The notes beneath the pieces are model-generated. The model was not told where the DNA came from and ran no database searches. It saw only the letters and a program-made list of their open reading frames with translations. 64,000 nucleotides of DNA from the IMG/VR virus record IMGVR_UViG_3300029267_004162, positions 124,001-188,000 of that record; one strand, 5' to 3'. This document shows positions 29,742 through 36,496 of the stretch, one piece after another. The position numbers and the translations under genes were made by a program. How positions within the stretch are numbered: position 1 is the first letter of the stretch; each line of letters starts with the position of its first letter.

Positions 29742-29894
29742 GGTGGGGTACTGAACCCTACCCACTAGTAGTATAGCAATCAGGAGAGGTTCTGTCAAGT
29801 CCTTTTTTGACCTCCTTGACCCCCCAGGAGAGGCCAGAAAGGGCCACGTTATAGGACGTTCCAGGACGTTCCAGAACGTCCTATAACGTGGCCC
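29742..29894 (-). repeat. copy 1 of ~150-bp hairpin-promoter cassette
   Basis: Near-identical to 32573-32725; contains a perfect 21-bp inverted repeat (29841-29861 / 29874-29894). Confidence 0.95.
29770..29798 (-). promoter_or_regulatory. consensus sigma70 promoter (early)
   Basis: TTGACA-17 nt-TATACT, with a TG dinucleotide before the -10 and an A-tract upstream of the -35. Confidence 0.88.
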
Positions 29895-29955
29895 AGAGAA
29901 GCCCAGAAAGGGGGTATCCAGAGAAGCCCAGAAAAGGGGTATCCAGAGAAACCCA
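29893..29955. repeat. 25-bp tandem direct repeat, ~2.5 copies
   Basis: CCAGAGAAGCCCAGAAAGGGGGTAT / CCAGAGAAGCCCAGAAAAGGGGTAT / CCAGAGAAACCCA. Confidence 0.9.
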
Positions 29956-30007
29956 TGGAAAATGGTGGGAATCGAACCCACACCCCCCCAGCCGAGGCCA
30001 GTGACAG

Positions 30008-30403
30008 TCAGATCCTGGCAATGTCACCTGGGTACTCACCGGTTTCTTCACCCCAAAGACGACGAGGCGCCAGTTGAGTCCCATTCCAGTTGTAGTCAGC
30101 CCCACATTCGCAGGTAGAGGTGAAGCCCGCACAACATACGGTTTCACCACAATCACACTTGACTTCTACCCACCCCGGAACCCTCTGGTCGAAGTCTCGA
30201 ACCTCGTGCTCAAGAATACCTCCACACTCACACTTCATACCGATTTGCTTGCGATTATCGGGAAATTCTAGTTCCACCTTGTCATCAACCGTGTGGATGA
30301 TGGTCACGCCACAGCCACAATCCTCGCACATGGCACTTTCACTATGATGTTGGCGATACTGGTCATCAACGATACGTATTTCAGACATCAACAACCTCCT
30401 CAA
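30008..30403 (-). CDS. Cys-rich Zn-ribbon protein
   Basis: CEDC, CECG, CDCG, CECG...YNWNGTQLAP. Confidence 0.65.
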   Translation of the reverse strand: MRRLLMSEIRIVDDQYRQHHSESAMCEDCGCGVTIIHTVDDKVELEFPDNRKQIGMKCECGGILEHEVRDFDQRVPGWVEVKCDCGETVCCAGFTSTCECGADYNWNGTQLAPRRLWGEETGEYPGDIARI

Positions 30404-30678
30404 ACTCTGTCTTGCTCTGCGAGATAGGCGGCGTAGCAGTCAGGACACGCATCACTAATCGTCTGATCCAGCGGAACCAACCGCCTACAACGAACACAGT
30501 TGATTCTGAGAGAAGAGCCAACTGCTTTTTCCCAACGAGGGATATGAAGGATTGTTTTCTCTCCTCCAAACGTGGTGACTGTAACATGAGCGGCAGGCCC
30601 TTCCCGTTCCACTTCGATGGACTGGATTCCTTGATCCTGCAAGAAGGCCAGGACGGCATCAAGTTGGGTGGCTGACAT
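30400..30678 (-). CDS. small Zn-ribbon protein
   Basis: CVRC...CPDC; AGGAG RBS. Confidence 0.6.
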   Translation of the reverse strand: MSATQLDAVLAFLQDQGIQSIEVEREGPAAHVTVTTFGGEKTILHIPRWEKAVGSSLRINCVRCRRLVPLDQTISDACPDCYAAYLAEQDRV

Positions 30679-30681
30679 GGA

Positions 30682-31245
30682 TCAGTTCTCCTGGTATTCC
30701 ACAAAGTCCCGGTACATGCCACCATCTCGGATAGACACGGTGTCTTCGGTCAGCAGAGCACCATTCATGTAGATGCTCACAGTAACCTCGGTGTACCCGA
30801 TTTCATCCTCGAAAGGATAACCAGCAGACAACTGAAACTGGTACAGCGATTCGTCTTCGCAGTATCCCTGCCGGAAACCAAACGCCACCTTCCCAGATTC
30901 ACCATCGCGGGGGTAGGGCGTTCCATCGGAGTCCATCACCCAAAGTTGCATGGGAACGATCTCGTCCCACTCAAACGCGAAGTAGAGGTCATATCCCTCA
31001 GATGGATGCCCCTCCTCATCGTCGGCCAGGGTGTCATCGACATCACCGGCAACCGCTCCCGTATCGGCGGTTACGTTACCGATTGACACGTTAGAGTTAT
31101 CTCCAACCTCGATATTGAAGACATTCGTCGCCACGTCGGTGTCCACGGTCGTATCAAGGCCCAGTTCAACTGGAACGTCTCCAGCGATCGGACAGCCACC
31201 AAGAACGACACACAGCATCAGATTTAGCAGAACGATTGCTCTCAT
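30682..31245 (-). CDS. acidic lipoprotein
   Basis: MRAIVLLNLMLCVVLGGC lipobox; D/E-rich. Confidence 0.7.
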   Translation of the reverse strand: MRAIVLLNLMLCVVLGGCPIAGDVPVELGLDTTVDTDVATNVFNIEVGDNSNVSIGNVTADTGAVAGDVDDTLADDEEGHPSEGYDLYFAFEWDEIVPMQLWVMDSDGTPYPRDGESGKVAFGFRQGYCEDESLYQFQLSAGYPFEDEIGYTEVTVSIYMNGALLTEDTVSIRDGGMYRDFVEYQEN

Positions 31246-31248
31246 CGG

Positions 31249-31464
31249 TTACTCTCCTCTCAATTCCCAGCCTTTTTGGAACCCCTCGCAGTACGCTTGG
31301 AACCAAATTTCCGCCTTCGAAGTTGCGTGATCGTAACTCATCTCATAATCCACAACCCAACCCCATTGTGGGTCTTTCCGGCATTGCGGATTAAGCGAGG
31401 CGGAGTTTGGGTGCATCGCGATATGCTTTGCGACCGCTTCACTTGCACATGACAGGGTTCTCAT
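31249..31464 (-). CDS. hypothetical protein
   Basis: Packed ORF. Confidence 0.5.
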   Translation of the reverse strand: MRTLSCASEAVAKHIAMHPNSASLNPQCRKDPQWGWVVDYEMSYDHATSKAEIWFQAYCEGFQKGWELRGE

Positions 31465-31628
31465 GCTTTATCCTCTCGCCCCGGTTCCGGTTTCACTTCG
31501 GGCTCTTCTTTGGGGGAGTTGCAATTCGGACAATGCGTAGTCTCAGGTGCTGCGAAGAACTGAAAGTAGCACCCACTGCATCGCACTAATGGCGAATTGC
31601 GACATGGTAAAAACTTAACGGTCTGCAT
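31461..31628 (-). CDS. 55-aa Zn-ribbon microprotein (not in ORF track)
   Basis: MQTVKFLPCRNSPLVRCSGCYFQFFAAPETTHCPNCNSPKEEP...; AAGGA RBS; ATGA overlap with the next gene. Confidence 0.6.
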   Translation of the reverse strand: MQTVKFLPCRNSPLVRCSGCYFQFFAAPETTHCPNCNSPKEEPEVKPEPGREDKA

Positions 31629-31670
31629 AGTGATCCTTTCTGGTCGTTAACATTCATCATCTGCTCCGAT

Positions 31671-32021
31671 TCATTCCCAAGGGAACTTCCCGCAGCGTTC
31701 CACACAATCTTGTAACTCCCGTCTAATCTGACGGACACGTTCTCGGGACAAGCCATGCTTCTTGGCGAGAGTGGCACCCTGGCCCTGCTCCATTCCCAGG
31801 ATATCGGCTACGATTCCAGGGTGGTTCCGTTCGATTTTGCCAAACGGGGTGGTTATACCACGTTGAGGTAGTAAATCCCGATAAAGAACTGCCAACTTCT
31901 TCACGACCTCAGCCATGCCTTGGGATACGTCCCATTGCTCGGCGATCTCCCTGCATGAGAGGGAAAGGATGCCCGGCTCGCGGGCCAGTTTATCTACGGT
32001 TGTAGTCATCTGTTTGCACAC
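31671..32021 (-). CDS. HTH protein with sigma70 region-4-like recognition helix
   Basis: LAKKHGLSRERVRQI; a second HTH-like segment LSCREIAEQWDVSQG; AGGAGGT RBS. Confidence 0.7.
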   Translation of the reverse strand: MCKQMTTTVDKLAREPGILSLSCREIAEQWDVSQGMAEVVKKLAVLYRDLLPQRGITTPFGKIERNHPGIVADILGMEQGQGATLAKKHGLSRERVRQIRRELQDCVERCGKFPWE

Positions 32022-32126
32022 CTCCTATACTCCTGACGGGTGAGCCTGAAAACGAACCTCGTTCGAGCGGGGTTTTGTTCGTTTGGCTCCAACGTTACGA
32101 AAATTAGGGGTTGGCGACCCGTCCAC

Positions 32127-32489
32127 TCAATCAGTTCTCAGTGGCGTCCATTCACCACTCAGAAGGAGCATTAGACACCCTTCATCACCTTCGAGGTTTA
32201 AGATACCATCGAGTTGGCGAACCCATCCATCTTCTAACCATTGTTCTTGGCTGGTGGGCGGCGTTTCAGAGTCGGGGTCATACTCACTACAAACTGGGTA
32301 GATTCTCGTAGGGTCAAACTCTACCGTTTCTGCCGTTGCCAACGCTTCTTGTGCTTTCTTCGCCGATAGTTTCTCTTGTGCTTGTGCACTAACACTTCGA
32401 AGATGTACTAGTAAATTGGCAGCGCTGGCTCCCAGCTGCCTTCGCAAGCGGGGCCGACCGGCAGGATCATTCTTATCGTTGTGCTTCAT
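32127..32489 (-). CDS. hypothetical protein, first gene after early promoter
   Basis: GAGGAG RBS; 120 aa. Confidence 0.6.
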   Translation of the reverse strand: MKHNDKNDPAGRPRLRRQLGASAANLLVHLRSVSAQAQEKLSAKKAQEALATAETVEFDPTRIYPVCSEYDPDSETPPTSQEQWLEDGWVRQLDGILNLEGDEGCLMLLLSGEWTPLRTD

Positions 32490-32572
32490 TGTGATTCTCC
32501 TCGGCGAGGTAGAGCGAATGGAAAACGCCCGGCCCCGACCGGACTGGGACTACCACGGACGGGACGACGCGA

Positions 32573-32725
32573 GGTGGGGTACTGAACCCTACCCACTAGT
32601 AGTATAGCAATCAGGAAGGCTCGTGTCAAGTCCTTTTTTGACCTCCTTGACCCCCAGGAGAAGGTCAGAAAGGGACACGTTATCGGACGTTCTAGAACTT
32701 CTAGGAACGTCCGATAACATGCCCC
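32573..32725 (-). repeat. copy 2 of ~150-bp hairpin-promoter cassette
   Basis: Near-identical to 29742-29894; the hairpin shows a compensatory base change. Confidence 0.95.
32601..32629 (-). promoter_or_regulatory. consensus sigma70 promoter (early, leftward)
   Basis: TTGACA-17 nt-TATACT on the - strand. Confidence 0.88.
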
Positions 32726-32777
32726 TTGGGGGGCTCCCCTTGGGGGTATATTCAAGACCAGCCTGGAAACCCGAGGG

Positions 32778-32807
32778 TTGACAGATACCCCCCTCTTGTG
32801 GTATAAT
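32778..32807 (+). promoter_or_regulatory. consensus sigma70 promoter (rightward, divergent)
   Basis: TTGACA-18 nt-TATAAT with extended -10 TG, upstream of the only + strand operon. Confidence 0.85.
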
Positions 32808-32901
32808 GGAAATAGGATCAACATAGGAAAACGGCCCGATACCCAGTGGGTGCTCACCCACCGACCGCAGTCCATGATGATCCGTGAGGAAGGAAGTACC
32901 C

Positions 32902-33741
32902 ATGCCTAAGAAGAAATCCGCCCCGAAATCCAAATCCGTAAAGAAGAAACCCACCCCTGGATCCATACTTGATCAACTAGAGGAGGCCGCACCCGCTCCC
33001 AAGAAGAAGATGCCCTCCAAACGGACTGCGCCAATCAAGACCCTCACCGAGGAACAGACCGTCGCAATAGCCAACCTCGCTCTGCTCACGAGTCGTGCCA
33101 AAGACTTAGACGCCCAGATTAAAGCTCTAAGGGCCGACCTGCATGAGGACATCCTAGAATGGTTCAACCAACGGTGTGAAGAAGACGGGGCGGCCCATTC
33201 CTCCGCTGATTTGGCCCCTCACCTAGAAACGAGTATGGCTTACGTTTTGAGCGTTCGTCCAGGATTCGACAGGAAAAGTCTGCGTGAATTCGTCAAGTCT
33301 ACCTTTGGGAAGGGGGCATCCAAGACCTGGAAAGCTTTAACCGAAGATGGGGGTCCGATTCAAATCACCGCTCTCCCACTAAAGCTAGACCAAGACCATG
33401 TTGCTCAAGTTATTTCCCAGCACCGGGGTGGAAGTGTGCTGAGTAAAAACAGTGGTCTGAGTGCTTCACAAATCAAACTCATGGGTGGCCGTCGAGTGAT
33501 TCTTGCCCTCAAACCACAGTTTGCGACCGGTGACAAAGTAGAACAGGTCGTAAAGGATCTGAAAGAGGCACTCGGGGATAAATTCGCCCAGTTTTTCGAA
33601 ATTGAGGTTGTTGTTGACGTTAGTGGAGATTTCCTCAAGAACAGAATCTCTTCCCAATCCGCATTAAGGGATGCCGCAAAACAGGCCATTGAAGTGGGCT
33701 GTGGTAAAGTTGTCCAGTACATCCGACCAGTGTCCAAATAA
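32902..33741 (+). CDS. hypothetical protein with Lys/Pro-rich N-terminus and coiled coil
   Basis: MPKKKSAPKSKSVKKKP...; AGGAAGG RBS. Confidence 0.7.
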   Translation: MPKKKSAPKSKSVKKKPTPGSILDQLEEAAPAPKKKMPSKRTAPIKTLTEEQTVAIANLALLTSRAKDLDAQIKALRADLHEDILEWFNQRCEEDGAAHSSADLAPHLETSMAYVLSVRPGFDRKSLREFVKSTFGKGASKTWKALTEDGGPIQITALPLKLDQDHVAQVISQHRGGSVLSKNSGLSASQIKLMGGRRVILALKPQFATGDKVEQVVKDLKEALGDKFAQFFEIEVVVDVSGDFLKNRISSQSALRDAAKQAIEVGCGKVVQYIRPVSK

Positions 33742-33753
33742 GGGAGTGATCAC

Positions 33754-34026
33754 ATGGCTGCTAAGATATCGGATATGATCAAAGAAATGGACTTTTTTGA
33801 CTTGCGATCCTTAATGAACGCCGTCAAGGAAGAGATCAGTTTGCGAAAGAGCGCTGACCGCTTCGTAATCGGTCAGAACGTAATAGTAAGACTGGGGGAT
33901 GAAATCGAATACCTCGCTGTAGTCGTCGATCACCAGTCAACCCAAAAGATCAAGCTGGAATTCCCAGACGGAACAACCAAAATCGTCTTGGCACACCGCG
34001 CTAGACCAAATGTGGGAAAATCATGA
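33754..34026 (+). CDS. small protein with SH3-like C-terminal half
   Basis: GGGAG RBS; FVIGQNVIVRLG...KIKLEFPDG. Confidence 0.6.
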   Translation: MAAKISDMIKEMDFFDLRSLMNAVKEEISLRKSADRFVIGQNVIVRLGDEIEYLAVVVDHQSTQKIKLEFPDGTTKIVLAHRARPNVGKS

Positions 34027-34601
34027 TCGCAATAACAGCCCTGCGACTCCCAGACAAACCTCAACGATGTACGACTGATGCTCTACATCGTTTGGATGAT
34101 GGGAGGCACGTAGCCCAGAAGAAATGGAATGGATGGCGGTGCGTTATCGTCTGGCAAAAACCCACATTACAAATCCTGTCCCGCTACAAGACCAGAACGA
34201 TCCCAATTTCTAAGTCGGCAAAGCAAGCAATCACCGCTATGTGTTTGCGTGCCAAGACCAAGGGACTTGTTCTGGATGCGGAGTACATGGGAATGAGGAG
34301 TGGAGCCCGTCGAGAAAGCGTGGTTCTGCTAGACGTGTTGTATCTCGAAGGGGTATGGCAAGGCAGCAAGCCATGGAATGAACGAGATGCCATGTTGCAA
34401 AGTCTACCGGTGTCTGCCCCCATACAACTGGTGGAGAATTTCTACACCGACTTCGCTGAAACGTATGCTCATCAACAACAAGATTCAGAAAGCGAGGGTC
34501 TCGTGATAAAGAGACTCAAGAGCAAACTGATCGGAGGAATCGATGGTTGCAAGAGGAATCCTCACTGGTTCAAGGTTAGGTACCGGGAGGATCAAGTATG
34601 A
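34023..34601 (+). CDS. ATP-dependent ligase-like nucleotidyltransferase, adenylation domain only
   Basis: Motif I QKKWNGWR, III LDAEY, IIIa LLDVL, IV EGLVIK, V WFKV; the ORF ends without an OB domain. Confidence 0.8.
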   Translation: MIAITALRLPDKPQRCTTDALHRLDDGRHVAQKKWNGWRCVIVWQKPTLQILSRYKTRTIPISKSAKQAITAMCLRAKTKGLVLDAEYMGMRSGARRESVVLLDVLYLEGVWQGSKPWNERDAMLQSLPVSAPIQLVENFYTDFAETYAHQQQDSESEGLVIKRLKSKLIGGIDGCKRNPHWFKVRYREDQV

Positions 34602-34881
34602 TGACATCAACCAGATGAGCTTCGCTCAATCTCAGGGACAGATCATAGTCCCCAACTCGAAGTTGTAAAGGGTCACCCAAGGGTGCGCGTCGCAGTACCC
34701 GAACCCCCGCCCCCTCAATGAGTCCCATCTCCATCATACGGAGTGACCAGGGACCAGGACGCACACCAACGATACGGCAACTCGCACCCTTGGGCACAGC
34801 ACTAAGTTCCTCCTCATTTCTCCCGGTCAAACTTATTCCAAACCTGAAAAATCTTGAGCAGGTTGTCTTCCATATGGTCAA
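34576..34881 (-). CDS. feoA: FeoA-family protein (start uncertain)
   Basis: RMMEMGLIEGAGVRVLRRAPLGDPLQLRVGDYDLSLRLSEA. Confidence 0.88.
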   Translation of the reverse strand: MTIWKTTCSRFFRFGISLTGRNEEELSAVPKGASCRIVGVRPGPWSLRMMEMGLIEGAGVRVLRRAPLGDPLQLRVGDYDLSLRLSEAHLVDVIILDPPGT

Positions 34882-35047
34882 GACGATCTGCCCATTCTCT
34901 TAGGGCTTTACGAAGCTGTGCTTTCATTTTCTGTCGTTTAACGTCCTTCTCCACACCAAAGGAATTAGCTAGACCTTCCACATCTTCTATAAGATTAGAT
35001 ATCTGCTTGATAATTTGATTTTTCTTCGATTCGTAATCAGCTCGCTC

Positions 35048-35437
35048 CTATTCGCACAACAAATCTTTCTGAGAATGACAGGGAACCACCTGATGCCACT
35101 GAGCCATGTTTTCTTCTATCGTTTTGAGACGTTGGTCTTGTGTGGCGTCTATAGCGGGTACTGTCTGGTTCCACGCTTCTAACCAATCCTCTATCCGCGC
35201 AAGTCTTGCTTCCGTATCCTCGGAAGCAGTTTTCAATGAGGCTAACTCAGCAGCTATATGGCCTTGATGTTTTACACCTGCATCGACCACCTTCCTCATT
35301 TCTGACACTTCTTTTTGTTGATAATCAATTTGCATACGCATAGGCTGAACCATTGCGTATACACCAGCAATGATCGCCAATATCGCTACTACACCCCCGA
35401 ATGCTTTGGCGTTGCCACCACTACTGTCTTCTGGCAT
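35048..35437 (-). CDS. single-pass membrane coiled-coil protein
   Basis: N-terminal TM (FGGVVAILAIIAGVYAMV) followed by heptad-like helices; ends in TAG with an open frame beyond it. Confidence 0.65.
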   Translation of the reverse strand: MPEDSSGGNAKAFGGVVAILAIIAGVYAMVQPMRMQIDYQQKEVSEMRKVVDAGVKHQGHIAAELASLKTASEDTEARLARIEDWLEAWNQTVPAIDATQDQRLKTIEENMAQWHQVVPCHSQKDLLCE

Positions 35438-35873
35438 TTTTTATCCCTGCGTGTACTTGTTGGATTAGTTCACCTGGATCGCCGGCTTTCTCCACGTACG
35501 CGAATGCACCCAGGTTCAGAGCTTCCTTGGCAGAAGCAAGAGTCCCATGGGCTGTGTTGATTATGACGCGAACCTTGCCATTCATGTTCTTGATCTTCGC
35601 CAAGAGTTGGGTGCCATCTAAATCAGGTAAGCGTTGGTCCACTACCGCTACGTCAAAATCCTCATGCTGAACTTGTTCTAAAGCTTCAGTCGCATTCGGA
35701 CAGCCAACAACTTGAAAACCTTCACCCTCCATGAGACCAGTGAGTGTGAATAGTTGTGACTCCTCATCTTCAACGATGAGCAGACGAGCGCGTTTGTTTG
35801 GTGATACCGTAGAATCTGCGAAGAGGAGAATCCACGCTAGACCAGCGAGCCCTATTAGTATAGCTCCCATCAT
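35421..35873 (-). CDS. stand-alone response-regulator receiver domain with N-terminal TM anchor
   Basis: TM MMGAILIGLAGLAWILLF; LLIVEDE, VVDQRLP (phospho-Asp), NTAHG, YVEK; no output domain. Confidence 0.88.
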   Translation of the reverse strand: MMGAILIGLAGLAWILLFADSTVSPNKRARLLIVEDEESQLFTLTGLMEGEGFQVVGCPNATEALEQVQHEDFDVAVVDQRLPDLDGTQLLAKIKNMNGKVRVIINTAHGTLASAKEALNLGAFAYVEKAGDPGELIQQVHAGIKNARRQ

Positions 35874-35874
35874 T

Positions 35875-35982
35875 TCAATCCTTCGGCCAGAACAACCAGT
35901 GATACCAGTGATTAGTAATCCAAGTCGGTTCAAAAAGTAGAATCCACGCCAGACCAGAGAGAGCTATTAGGATAATCCCCAT
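35875..35982 (-). CDS. 35-aa membrane microprotein, paralogue of the receiver's TM anchor (not in ORF track)
   Basis: MGIILIALSGLAWILLFEPTWITNHWYHWLFWPKD; GGAG RBS. Confidence 0.6.
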   Translation of the reverse strand: MGIILIALSGLAWILLFEPTWITNHWYHWLFWPKD

Positions 35983-36055
35983 AGCATTCGTACTCCATAA
36001 CCATGACAGCGTTACACTGGGCTATTTCCCCCTCTTTGTAGTGACAGAACCCCGG

Positions 36056-36496
36056 TTACCCTGTACTACCAAATCCAGTAGCCCCTCGCTCAGTAACAGG
36101 TAACTCTTGAACTGATTCTATTTCCATTTGCGGGACGGGAAATACCATCATTTGACTGAGCCTTTCCCAGGGATCAACTGTAACTGATAAAAGACCCGAA
36201 TTCCAAACCACACTATAAAGGGGTCCGGTGTATCCGGAATCAATCAACCCCGTTATAATTGTTAAGCCCTTTTTCACAAAAGCAGAGGACCGAGGGATAA
36301 TCAGCCCGCAGTATCCCTCTGGAATTTTGACTTGGATTCCTGCCGGTATTAATTCTTTTGCATTGGGGAGTAAGAGGATTTGTTTACCGGATGCGTTGGC
36401 CAAATCCAGTCCACAATCCCCCGATTTGGCGTATTTAAGAGGTGCTTGTGCTTCTATTTCTGGACTAGCATACTTTACCATTAGCTTGGGAATCAT
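36056..36496 (-). CDS. dut: trimeric dUTPase
   Basis: GDCGLDL, PRSS, GLIDSGYTG, ERLSQ, RGATGFGSTG. Confidence 0.95.
   Translation of the reverse strand: MIPKLMVKYASPEIEAQAPLKYAKSGDCGLDLANASGKQILLLPNAKELIPAGIQVKIPEGYCGLIIPRSSAFVKKGLTIITGLIDSGYTGPLYSVVWNSGLLSVTVDPWERLSQMMVFPVPQMEIESVQELPVTERGATGFGSTG

Noticed and set aside
29893-29955. Mini-CRISPR array
   Set aside because: The 25-bp units are contiguous, with no spacers.
29742-32725. Transposon or IS ends, or a protelomerase site
   Set aside because: The repeats are direct, there is no transposase or recombinase between them, and the palindromes have 12-nt asymmetric centres unlike telomere-resolution sites.
29709-32966. ORFs 29709-29981, 32486-32875 and 32589-32966 sharing peptide similarity
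   Set aside because: They are translations across the repeated promoter cassette; the similarity comes from the non-coding repeat.
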